A program made the position numbers and the translations under genes. Positions 34,944-45,926 of a DNA stretch of 49,322 bases are shown piece by piece; position 1 is the stretch's first letter; every line of letters begins with the position of its first letter. This DNA is from Thraustochytrium aureum. Taxonomy: Eukaryota. The notes under the pieces were generated by a model. That model saw nothing but the letters and a program-made list of their open reading frames with translations. It did no database searches and was not told the DNA's origin. Where the stretch lies: contig BLSG01000123.1 of assembly GCA_012862495.1 (NCBI GenBank), positions 6,706-56,027 on the forward strand, written 5' to 3'.

Positions 34944-37786
34944 TTATCTTGTGGTCACAAGCTGGGCCAAAGATGCGCAACCGCTCTTGAACCAGGCGCG
35001 CGAGAGCCGCCCTCTCCGCAACGTGTCTGCCTTCGGCAGGCCCATCCGCGAGGGCACTCGCTTCATGCAGCAACGATCCTCGTCCAGTCGCTTCGCTGGG
35101 CAAGGGTCGTCACCGCCACTGGCGGCAGCCAATCCCGTGGGTCGGCCTCCAGGTCGTACTCAAAGCACTTGGCCGAGTCGTCGGGGCTCCCTGCTTTGCC
35201 GGACGAGTCGAGCGGAGCAGTCTTCTTGAGGTTCTCGTGCCCCGCAGTCTGCAGCCACCGCATTCTCAGGTACTCGGCCACGACTGCGTCTTGCTCGGTG
35301 TCAAGGGCGACGGGAAACACAAGTAGCTCGCCGATCCCGCCCCCGAACTCGCAGCCCCCGTTCGTTCCGCCAAGACTGACCTGCTTGTTGACGGAGAAGA
35401 GCGCGTCGTGGTCTGGCCCCGACATGCTGCAGCGGCCTGTCCTCAGAGGCAAGCTCGACCCCGTTCAGGCCGATGCGATAGCGCAAAACGCGAAACCCGT
35501 CCTCTTCGCCCTTGCGAGCCTGCTTCACGTTGCTCTTGTCGTGCGCAGAGTCGCGCCCGGCCAGAATGCCGTGCTTGGACTTGAAGTTCGGCCGCACGCC
35601 GTCGAAGAGAAAGCCCCCGTTTGGGAAATTCCCAAACAGGCGCTGCTGCGCGCTCTGCATGGGGTCTGGGCGGATGACAATGTATACCGTTGCGGGCGAT
35701 GTCAGCTTGAGCCCACGCGAAACCATCGCGCACCCGAACTGTACGTACTTGACGCATTCGTCTCCAGGCGCGGAGACCAAGCGCGGCTTCTTCTCCAGGC
35801 CGCGTCGAGAAGCGCTCTGGCCGCGTTTCGGGCCCTCGAAAGTGAAAGCGTGGTATGTGCTTGATAAGAGCGAGTCCCACTGCAAAACTACGTCCGAAGT
35901 AGCTGACTCGAGCGTGAGGCCCCCATCTGCTTTGAGCCAAAGGAGCGGTGGTTTACTTTTGATGAGCCGTTGGAATCCCAGATGATCCACGTCGCGCTTT
36001 TGCGCGCAGCCTCCGAGCCCCTGCAACTCAAAAGCTGTCCTCTTCGACCCCGCTCTTCCTAACCTCGGGCTTGCTCAATTCTTCGAAGGAGGGCATCACG
36101 GCTTGCGGCGGCAAAAGGTCCGTCCACCACTTTTCTTGCAAGTAGTTGACGTGGTGCGCGACCTCCTGGTCCGAGAGGGCGCCGCGGAAGGCGAGGATTT
36201 CTGCGACCCCCCCGCGAAAGCCGCAGCCGCCCCCAACACCGCCGACTGCGAGCTTCGAGTCCTTCGAAATGCGGATCGGTCCTTGGTTTTTCGGGATGTG
36301 GAACGGGTCGTTGTTGATGCCAACCTCAACCCCAGCAGTGCTGTCAAGGCGGTACTTTAAGAGGACGAGACCGTGCTGGGAGCGAATTTCCTGGTTTACG
36401 CCGAGATGCCCCATTCGTCTGTCGCGCCGCGAAAAGAGACTCGGGGCGCCGTCGGAGAAGCGAAACTGGCCGTCAGGGTAGTGCCCGAAAAAACGCTGGC
36501 CCTTTGATCAAGTAAGACCGAGCGCTGTTAGCTACTAGGGATTGTCCGGCCGTCGCACCCACTTGACTTACTCTAGCCGAAGGGCCGTACAAGAACGCAT
36601 CCGGGGCCAACACAAACAAAAGCGTCATTGAATCGTCCAGCTTCAGGTCCTCCGTCTCAAGCCCGCACGGAAACCGCACCAGTGGAAGTTTGGGAACGTC
36701 GCCAAACCGGAGGAGAGGCTCTCCAGTNNNNNNNNNNNNNNNNNNNNNNNNNNNNNNNNNNNNNNNNNNNNNNNNNNNNNNNNNNNNNNNNNNNNNNNNN
36801 NNNNNNNNNNNNNNNNNNNNNNNNNNNNNNNNNNNNNNNNNNNNNNNNNNNNNNNNNNNNNNNNNNNNNNNNNNNNNNNNNNNNNNNNNNNNNNNNNNNN
36901 NNNNNNNNNNNNNNNNNNNNNNNNNNNNNNNNNNNNNNNNNNNNNNNNNNNNNNNNNNNNNNNNNNNNNNNNNNNNNNNNNNNNNNNNNNNNNNNNNNNN
37001 NNNNNNNNNNNNNNNNNNNNNNNNNNNNNNNNNNNNNNNNNNNNNNNNNNNNNNNNNNNNNNNNNNNNNNNNNNNNNNNNNNNNNNNNNNNNNNNNNNNN
37101 NNNNNNNNNNNNNNNNNNNNNNNNNNNNNNNNNNNNGCTGCGGTCTCGTTGGGCTCTTCCATGCTGTCGAGGCTCGCCTTCAGAGAGCTGCCGAGGGCCT
37201 TGGCCCCTGTGGCCGGGTGCTCTGGGCCGCTGGCATGCTCGGCTGACTCTTTCCACTCAAACACACCGACTTGGGCGGGCGCTTGCAGCTCCTCGTCCCG
37301 CAGGCTCGTTGCGGCGTTTTCGTGCGACCCCTCTTCGTCGCCAGTTCCATTCTCGTCAGGGAAGCAGAGCGATCGACAATACCGGAGGCTCTTAGAAATG
37401 GCGCCGTCGCTCTCTTCAAGGGGAACCGAAATGATGCACTTGCGCATGCACTTTTCGGCCGAGGTTGCGTTGTCGAACGGGAGCCACGAGGCGCCAAACG
37501 CAACCAGGGTGCCAAACGCTTCGGACGAGGCGCCGAACCTTTCAGCTCCTAGCGCGTGAGGCAACGCTACAGCCAGCACGGCCAGCGCACATCCGCCGAT
37601 GGTCAGTAGCCAACAAATTCTCGCGCACCTTGACCTTCTTTGCTGTGAATTGTTCCGCCTCTTCTTGGACGGTGACTTGGGCAGTTCTATCTCAACCCCG
37701 CCCGTCACGATACTCAGCGGCACAACGCCGGCTTGAGCCGAGCTGCGCAGGCCAGCTCCGCTACCTGTCCCGGCAGGCCTCTTCAT
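34944..37786 (-). CDS. Type II membrane protein with two LamG/concanavalin-A-like repeats
   Basis: N-terminal TM (ICWLLTIGGCALAVLAVAL). Duplicated motifs GQRFFGHYPDGQF / QQRLFGNFPNGGF and FRGGVAEILAF..LSD...YLQEKW / FGGGIGELLVF..LD...YLRMRW. One intron, gap 36728-37136, and indels at about 36031, 35460 and 35135. Confidence 0.7.
36502..36571 (-). other. Spliceosomal intron (70 nt)
   Basis: GTAAGT donor, GCTAAC branch point, AAG acceptor. Splicing joins PSAR to GQRFFGHYP, which matches the internal repeat. Confidence 0.85.
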
Positions 37787-37938
37787 CTTCTCGCCCGGCA
37801 AGTGCCCCCGTTCGGGGCCGCCTTCCAACGCGGTCGTCTTGGCCGAGCAGTGCGGGGTTTCCCGACTTCTGGCTTTTCCTCAAGCGACGGCGACCGTCAG
37901 GTCTGTATCGCCGACCGTAACCCAGAGCCACTTGCAGG

Positions 37939-38071
37939 CCAATCTATCGATTCGCTTGAATCGGCGGCCGTCAGTCGGCTCGGGCCAATCCCTGACCGCC
38001 AATCAGCCACGATTCTCGACCGCGTCAGCCAGCGGGTGGGTCCCGATATTCTCTTCTCCAGAGCGACCAAT
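37939..38071. promoter_or_regulatory. Cluster of four CCAATC boxes in a divergent intergenic region
   Basis: CCAAT at 37939, 37985, 37999 and 38067, same orientation, between divergent starts 37786(-) and 38794(+). Confidence 0.45.
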
Positions 38072-38793
38072 CCAAGCAACGCACGAGCCCGCCAGGCCAG
38101 CGACCGCAACGCCCTTGCCCGCGCGTTCCACCTGCGTTGCCCGTCCCGCCTGCTTCCGTGTCTGCTTCCCGCCTGCCTCGCCTGCCTCAACCGCATCGAC
38201 GGTGGCCTGCAACGCCAAAGACCCCATCTCGCCCGCTTACATCACCAACCTATCCCTGCGACTCCCGCTACGTCATCGCCCTTCTTCCAAACCTAACCGT
38301 TGACCGGATCTTCCTCTCAAAGGGGGCAGAGAGCACCAGTACCCTAACCGTCGGCGTAATAGCACGCTGCGGATTTTAGGTTAGACGTCTAGCGGGGGTT
38401 TAGCGCGGGTTTGGCTGCTGCGGGATTCGCGGCCAAGTGGCGAGGCTCTTCAACGGTCATCTTGGGCGGAGCAGGCGAGCGGCAGACCGCGTTCGAAGGC
38501 GGCTGCGGAGAAGGAGGCGGGCGAGCCGGACGGCGCGGGCGCTTCTAGTTCGATACGAAGAGGCACGGGAGGGTTGGTGGGCGCGCGGGCCTGGTGGAAC
38601 TGCCCGTGCCGAGTGTCGCGCGGCGCAAAAGCGCCAGGCCGCGGCAAGTGGGAATCGCCAGAGCTCGTGAAATCACTCGATCGCGCACCAGCTCGCCATC
38701 AAGCGCCTCCTCAAGCGCCTCGCAGCATCGAGGGCTTGACGCGTTGACGCGTTGGTGCACGCACGCACGCACGCACGGACAGACTGGGCGAGA

Positions 38794-41739
38794 ATGGGCA
38801 GGAAGAGCCGCACGACGCTCATGTCAAGCGCTGAGCTGGCGCAAAGCGTGTTTTCGACGGCGGCGGAAGGCCGCAAGTTGGCAGAGAAGAGGAAGCGGCA
38901 GCTGCAGCGGGAGCAGCGGCGCGCGAATGCGTTCAAATTTGCGAGGCTCCCGTTCGATATACAAGAAGTCGTGCTGAGGTACCTCCCCGCGTCGGAAATT
39001 GGCATGTGCTGTGCCGTGTCGAAAGCATGGGGGCATATTTATGAAGGCGCAGTGGCGTCTATATTCGCGCAGGTGGTCGGCGTCGCCCGGGGGCGAAGCA
39101 AGTTGATGCGCCGCGCAGAACTGCAGCTCGTCCATAGACTGCGCAATACCCACGAGAAGGAAACCGCCATCGAGATGGCGCTGTGGGCCGCGTTCAACTC
39201 GTACAATGACTATGTGCTCCGACTTTTGCAAGACCGGCGAGCCGTCATCACGGTAAACACGGCGGGGTCTGGCGACTGGGACGGCGCTACCCTGCTGCAC
39301 GTCGCATGCCGGCAGGGCAACACCAAGCTCGTGCGCGCCCTGCTTGACCTGGACGCCGACCCGGCTTGCCTGACGAAAACAAAGCAGACGCCGCTCATTC
39401 TCGCAAGCGACTACGGTTTCCCGGCAATCGTAGACCTCCTGCTCAAGCGCTCCGGCCGGTCCGTGCAAGTCAACGCCCAAGACGGCGCGGGCCGCACGGC
39501 GCTTTTTGCCGCCTGCGACAAAGGCCATGGCGAGGTGGTTTCCGTCCTCGTGGACTGGGCTGAGATGATCCAGCAGGAAACCGGAGAGGAGGAGCCCATT
39601 GTCAACCTCAACCTTGGCACCCTAGAAAAAGGGGAGCCCGCTCTGCGTGGCCTGCCGGCAGGGCCAAAGCCGCATCGTCAAGCGCCTGCTCGAGTCGGCA
39701 GTAAAATGTGAACGCGACGACAGAGGACGGCCGAACGGCGTTCTTCTGCGCTGTTGAGCGCGGCGCAATCAACACGACCAAAATGATGCTCGAGAAGCGG
39801 CCCCCTATCACCGGCAAAGAGATGATCGAGCTTTTGTACCAAGAGAGCCCGAACCACGGGATCGAGGCCGCGGCGCAGCTGGCAGAGACGGTGACCGACA
39901 TTCCGAACGTACACCCCGGCAACGCCGGCGTCCTCGTCGACTTTGCATCAAATACTGGCAAAACGCCAGTTTTCGTCGCTGCCGAAAGGGGCAACACTGC
40001 GTTGCTTGAGGTCCTCATTGAGGCCCGGGCAGACACGAACAAGCCCACCTTTCTCAATAAAACGCCGCTCTATGCAGCCACCGAGAACGGCCACACCGAG
40101 GTGGTCAAGTTGCTCTTGCAGCATTGCACGCGCGAGAACGTCCTGCATCAAACCAACTTTGGCACGACCGCCCCGTTCATGGCACAGCGCAACGGGCACA
40201 TGCAAATCAAAAACCTGCTCGGGGACTTTTGCATGGAGAAGCTCACTGTCGAGAAGGCCAAGAAGCGGAAGAGCAAGCGCAAGCAGAAGGACGCGATGAA
40301 TCGCTTGTTCCACAAGAAGAAGGATGGTCCCTCACAAGAGCAGCCGCCAGCCTCCGCCGCAGACGATGCTTCTGGTGGAGCACCGTCAACGAGCTCTGAC
40401 GTCGCGCCTGGGCGAGAACGAGACATTGCAAAGTCGAAGGAAGCCGTCGAAGACATTGTCGCTGCGCTCGATCGGCTGCAAATCGCCGTGGACGCCGAAC
40501 ATGACCAGCAGCGTCTCGGCCGCGGGTCGATTGCGTCGTCACGGCAAAGCCGGGACGCCACCGCAGCCCAGAACAGTGTGGCCGCACCAAACGAGCCGGA
40601 CGCTCCTGATGCAGATTGCGATGCGGACGAGGCTGTTGCCGAGGAAGGCGCGGAAGAGATGTCGGCCGCTGGCTTCGACGTCGAGGACCAAGTCTCCGAG
40701 GACCAAGTCGCCGGGGAAAGCGTGGCTGAGGAGGTGGAAGTCGCTCGCCAAGCCGGGCTTGCTGTTGGCGTCAACGAGGGACACGACGAACAACAAGAAG
40801 ACAGGCCAGAGGCGTCGTCGGTTTCGAGCGCAGACGTCGAAGCGGAGGAGGCCGTCGCCAAGTTTCCGGATGGGGGCAGATCACTTGTGCCGCGCAAACC
40901 GACAACCGACAAGCCATCAAAGGAAGACTTGCGCAGGGAGCGTGCTGCCTTCTTTGAAAGGCGCTTTGGCGTCGGCGGCAGCGGCAGCGCGGCCGCAAGC
41001 CCGGGCCAGCTGTTGGCTGCCGAAAGCGAGAGCAAAGGCGAGGATGCCCCTGCAGGGAACGTGAAGCAAGCTCGGCTCGTCCCGAAGAAGGAGAAGGACG
41101 TAATGGCAGCGCGAAAGTGGTCGCAGACCTTTATTGACGCCGAAGACCGCGGCGAAGACGGCCAGCACGAGGTCGCTTCGACAGCGTTGCCGCGGAGCAA
41201 AGCAGGCGCGACGCTGCAGCAAGTTGAGCACGATGGCCTGTCGCTGAAGGGTATTCGCGCCTCGCTGCTGAGCTTTTCTTCCCTGACATCCAGCTACAAG
41301 ATGACCGATGAGGTCTTTGAGAAGTCTTTCGGGCCGCGCGCAGGTGGAGCAAGGCACATTTTCGACCTCATGAAGGGCTCGAAGAAGGTCGCCAACGCCT
41401 GGGACGTGTTCGTCGCGTCGACTCTGTCTACGCCCGAGCATGCTGACGACAAGCTCGCATTCTGTTTTGGACTGTTTGACTCCAAGTCGCAGGGGGCGCT
41501 CGAGCACGCGGTTGCCAAGACCATGCTCCGTTGCTGCTGCAAAGCTGTAAGCAAGCTGAAAAAAGGCCAACAACGTCCTCGAGCGGAAGGAGGAGCTCGA
41601 GGCCGTTGTTGCCGACCTCGCGGGCTTTCAGGCGCCGGATTCGGATGCCGGTCTCATCTCGCGTGGAGTGTTTGTGCGATGGGCCAAGGATTCGTCCCAG
41701 GGGTCTCGTATCTTTTCCCCGGTGCTTGCCAATCTGTGA
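38794..41739 (+). CDS. F-box + ankyrin-repeat protein with acidic linker and degenerate EF-hand C-terminus
   Basis: F-box FARLPFDIQEVVLRYLPASEIGMCCAVSKAW, multiple ankyrin repeats (TLLHVAC, TPLILAS, TALFAAC, TPVFVAA, TPLYAAT), and KLAFCFGLFDSKSQGALE. 1-nt insertions at about 39630, 39705 and 41562. Confidence 0.85.
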
Positions 41740-42234
41740 GGCAGGGATTCTGGGGTCGAGCGAGCGCCTTGAATGTAATCTTTTGATGTGCGGCTCAGCG
41801 GGGCGTGATGCCGTGCACCTCCTAATTTTTATCCAAAAAAAAGAAATGTGCTTGGCCCTGGTCTTTGAAAGCAGATTTTGGTCGGGTTGTGCGATGAATG
41901 GCCGGCCGGCCGGCCGGCCGCCCGCCCGCTCCTGAGCGCTCGCGGCGAACCAGAGCGCCAACTCTGGGTAAGTGACTTGCATCTCGGGCAAAACCAGCCG
42001 GCGGTGGGCGCAACGATTCGGCCTCTTCCCCCATACTCTTTCTGAGAACGCCATCGACAATCAACGACGGCGACTGGGGCATACAGGCATCGTCTGGTTA
42101 TCTTCGTATGTCTCGTCAAGAGGTTGCTCAGCGCAACTCCTTTTTGGGGTTGTCAACGCGCCAGCTTTGTAAGAAGGCCTCCATTCGTCAGGTCTTCGCC
42201 ATCTTCAGGCGCGATGTGATTCTTGCGTGTTTAT

Positions 42235-44182
42235 CTACTGCGCGCTCTCTTGTTTTTGCGCGAACATCTTTTCAAAGTACGCGGCTCGAGCCTCGCGGTC
42301 CGGCCTGCCTGCAGGCTGCTGCGCACCGGCCGGTTTGGACTTGGCCTTGTTGGCTGAAGCTCCCAATTTTTGACCAGAAGTAGTCTCCGAGGCAGCGCTT
42401 CCAAGAGCTTTCCCGTAGCCCACCTCTTCGCGCGAGCCGAAGCCGCGCTCTCCCTTTGACATTTTGCCATGCAACGCTTCCAGGAACTGGACGTCTTTGT
42501 TGAGCCGCTTCTGGCGCGCCTCTTCCGCGGACTGCTTGGACCTCTCGCCACTGGTAGGCTTGCGCGTTGCGCCGGGCTTGGCTTCGTCGACCTCGGGGCG
42601 CTGCTGCTGCTGCTGCTGCTGCTTTGCTGCTCTTTTTTCTCGGGGCGATGGCTTGACATCAGCGCCTGCGCGTGGCGAATTCTTTCTCACCTCGCTGCGC
42701 AAACGTTCGACAAGGCCATCCTTCTTGGTTGACTCTTTCGCGGGCTCCTCCAAAGCCTTTTCGTTTTTGGCCTCTTTCTTTGCGCCTTTGGCGACAGCGG
42801 GCTTGTCCTTGGCAGCACCAGAGGACTTGTCCTTGGCAGGCTTTTCAATGCTTGCCGGCTTGCCGGCAGCGTGCTGCTCCTTGCCCCCCGGCACTTTGGC
42901 AGCCTTTTTTGGTGCGTGCTCCTGCTGAGCCGAAGCAGCAGCCGCGCCCGGATCGGCGGGTGCGCCCGGATCGGTAGGTGCGCTCTTGGAGTCGCCTTTT
43001 TTGGCCGCAGCAGAGGACTTGTCAGGCGGCGCCAACAGTGAGATGTACTTGCGGACCTTGCTGGGCCTGAGGTACAGTCCATGGTTCTCGCCGCACTTGA
43101 AGTAGTGCGAGCCACCAGAGGCAGGCGCGCCATCGTTGTTACCCTTGGCCTCTTCTAGCTCGAGCCCGATCCAGTACCCAGGGAAGAGCTCCGAAACGCG
43201 GCCGATGTAGCGCACCGTCCCCTTTCGCCCGTCCATGGTCTGCACCACCTCGCCCTCGTTGAACATGGAGGCCTCCTTGGTCTCGAAGAAGTCAGTTTTT
43301 CTTCGTCTTCATGATCAGAACGCGCTTCACAATCGACTTGATGAGGTCGGTGTGGTCCGTCGTGGGCCGTTCCAGCACAGGCTTGCTTTTGCGCACAAGC
43401 GTTTTGGGCTTGTTAAGCGTTGTTTTGCACTTGGGAATGTGCTTTTCCGCCGTCTTCTCGGCAAAGCTACGCGAGCAGTGCGGGCAGCGCATCATGCCGG
43501 CTTGCACTGGGGCATCCCCTGTGCTCAACGCTGGCGCGGCGGACGAGCCAGACTCGGCGAGGGCCTTGAGACTGACCCCTGAGCGCGGGAGCTCTGTGAG
43601 AGGGATCCCGGCCTCTTGGAAGGCCTTGACAAGACGGCCTTGCTCGACAATCCCTTGAAGCCGGTCGTGGTCGTCGCGCCACTTTGGGGGCGGTTTTTCG
43701 ACAGCGCGACGCGCGGAGGGATCCATGTACGCCTCAAAGTCGGTGCCCTCAAGTCGCTGCTGGCTCGGCGTCTTGAACTGTTTGCGCTTCTTGCGTTCTG
43801 CGTTTGTTGCGCACACTGACTCGTGCTTGGCGATGCGGTCAACATTGAACTTGCGGTTGCAAAACCCGCATTCCTCGCGGTGGTCCTCCTCGTCGGACGA
43901 CTCTTCTGAGGAGGACTCGCCCTCGTCGTCGCCGGGTTGCTTTGCGGCTTTCACGGGCCGTTCTTTGACGATCTTGGGCTTTGGCGCCGCCTTCTTCCGC
44001 ACCACCTTGCACTGCGCTTGGTGGGCGTCGATCTCGTCATTGCTGACCTTGCGCAGGCAATTCTTGCACTCGGAGAAGCACTGCGAGTACTTTTTCTCGC
44101 ACTGCTTGCGATGAATCGGCAGCGACCTCTGGAAGAACTTGTTGCCGCACAAGTCGCACGGGATCCCAATCGGCGCCGGCAT
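42235..44182 (-). CDS. C2HC zinc-finger (ZC2HC1-like, 4 fingers) plus CAP-Gly domain protein; one gene after removing a single A at about 43298
   Basis: Fingers CDLC..H..C, CKNC..H..C, CGFC..H..C, CPHC..H..C. CAP-Gly GTVRYIG...WIGLELEEAKGNNDG...YFKC...GLYLRP. AAG AAA (A) ACT GAC TTC TTC GAG ACC AAG GAG GCC TCC ATG reads straight into the CAP-Gly ORF. Confidence 0.8.
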
Positions 44183-44683
44183 CTTGCCGCGTGCGCTTTC
44201 CTCCAGTCGCCTGCGCAGCCTCAGCGACAAGCGTCCTCCGCAACCCTGTCGTCGCCTTCGCGCTCCCGCGGCCAATCCCGAACTGCGCGGACGAGCAGTC
44301 CTGCTCCAACCCAACCGGTAAAAAATCAAACACTAACACAAGCAAGCCCTCGCATTGACAAACCCAAACAAGCTGCAAGCGCTCGCTCTGCCTGTTCAGT
44401 CTCGCGTCGATATCGGCCGAGTCGCGGTCCACATCAAGAGCAACTGGTCGCCCGGCATGCACCATTTCACGCGCCGCCAACACACTCCAGCGCAACCTGC
44501 AGGCCATCCGCATCCTCCACATCCTCCACTTCCTCCACCTCCACCTCCACCTCCACGGCCCTCCAATCCGCTACTCAACGGCCACCTCAACGGCCACCCA
44601 CCTCCACACCACCGCCACCACGTCACCCCAACCCCCTAGGCCACGCGCGCTCGCGTCACACCCTACCCCCGGCCACGCCAATT

Positions 44684-44896
44684 AATCGATTGAGCGCGCT
44701 CGCGCCCAAACTCCGATGGCACCAACAAATCGATTCTCACCTCACACCGACAGACGAGCGATCGATTCGAAGTACTACTTACCTGTAATCGGTTGAAATG
44801 CGCGTAATCGATTGAACAGAGTCAGTAATCGATTAAATATGTTGTGGAATCGATTGAATAGCGTGGAATCGATTGAATAGCGCGTAATCGATTGAA
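44684..44896. repeat. Array of AATCGATT palindromes; core of six GKAATCGATTGAA-like units at 19-21 bp period
   Basis: Octamer starts at 44787 (AATCGGTT variant), 44806, 44827, 44848, 44867 and 44886, with further copies at 44684, 44728 and 44760 (GATCGATT). Confidence 0.9.
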
Positions 44897-45134
44897 GGGC
44901 GGTGGACTTGGCAGTGAGAGGGCGAGCGAGTGGGTTGGCGACGCGCGGGAGGCGGGCGGGCGGGCGCGGGCGAGGGAGGCAGAGCAGGGTCAGGGTCGGG
45001 CAGGGCAGGGTCAGGGTTGGGCGGGCGCGCTCGGGGCGGCGTCTGGGGCTGGTTGCGAGGCGGGCTTGCGCGGGCTTGCGCGGGCTTTGGGCGGGCTGGC
45101 TGGCTGGCGGGTGTGGTGACGGAAGGAAGGAAGG

Positions 45135-45665
45135 ATGTCGGCGTGGAGGGCCTGGAAGCAGAAGCTGACGCTGCTGGAGCGCACGGACAAGCTGCTCAAG
45201 GCCAAGGCGATCAAGAAGCCTGCGTGGTATGATGCGATCAAGATGTACCCGCCAGCCCCGTTTGTTAGGGCGCCGGAGGTGAAGCGGCCCCAGGCCCACC
45301 CGCGCAGGGTGCTGTTGGACTCGTACTTTCGGAAGAACCCTGTCGAGAAGGCCAGGCAGGTCTTCAACTTGCATGACCAGTCGATCAAGCCGCCCGCAGT
45401 GCTCTTTGTGACGAGGCAGTTTGAGCTCATGTCCAAGGAAGGCCTCTCGGAGGCCGAGGCGTACGCACGCACCATGGAGGAGATGAGCGCCCCGAGCGCG
45501 ATTGAGAGTGGGACCACCGCAGACGAGGCCAGCGCACCCCAGTCGTCGCCCGCGGAGGAGAGCGTTTCGCTGCAGAGCCAGTTTGACTCGTGGATGGAGG
45601 CCGAGAACGCCTTTTGGACTCGGCGTGGCGAAATCCGGAACGCCAAGACACCGAAGAAGGACTAA
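45135..45665 (+). CDS. MRPS23: Mitochondrial ribosomal small-subunit protein mS23 (MRPS23/Rsm25 family)
   Basis: ERTDKLLKAKAIKKPAWYDAIKMYPP, YFRKNP and FVTRQFELMSKEGLSEAEAY match the family pattern. Confidence 0.75.
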   Translation: MSAWRAWKQKLTLLERTDKLLKAKAIKKPAWYDAIKMYPPAPFVRAPEVKRPQAHPRRVLLDSYFRKNPVEKARQVFNLHDQSIKPPAVLFVTRQFELMSKEGLSEAEAYARTMEEMSAPSAIESGTTADEASAPQSSPAEESVSLQSQFDSWMEAENAFWTRRGEIRNAKTPKKD

Positions 45666-45784
45666 CCTTTTTGTTGTTGCCCAGATTCCGCTGCTGCTGT
45701 TGCTGCTGCTGTTGCTCGAGCAGCTGTTTCTCTTGTTTGCATTGCGGATGCGACTCTCCATGATGTCGGCGCAGCCCTAACCGT

Positions 45785-45819
45785 CGAGCGAGCGAGCGAG
45801 CGAGCGAGCGAGCGAGCGA
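45785..45819. repeat. (CGAG)8 microsatellite
   Basis: Read directly; lies between convergent 3' ends. Confidence 0.9.
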
Positions 45820-45926
45820 CGGTCTCTTCGCTCGTCGAGGTGCCGCCTCGCCGAGTTGGCGCGCGGCGAGGCAAACGTTCACAAAAACGAAACTTGGGTT
45901 GGCTGGATTGCCCGCCTTCGGCTACT

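Noticed and set aside
36026..36033. Stop-codon reassignment or readthrough (TTT TGA inside a gene)
   Set aside because: The coding sequence continues in a different frame, and TAA, TAG and TGA all end genes normally in this window.
44785..44896. CRISPR-like repeat-spacer array
   Set aside because: Repeats are about 13 bp with 6-8 bp spacers, the context is eukaryotic, and there are no cas genes.
44775..44940. U1 snRNA gene (TACTTACCTG matches the U1 5' end)
   Set aside because: Downstream sequence lacks U1 stem-loops and an Sm site; the match is better explained as a minus-strand CAG|GTAAGT donor.
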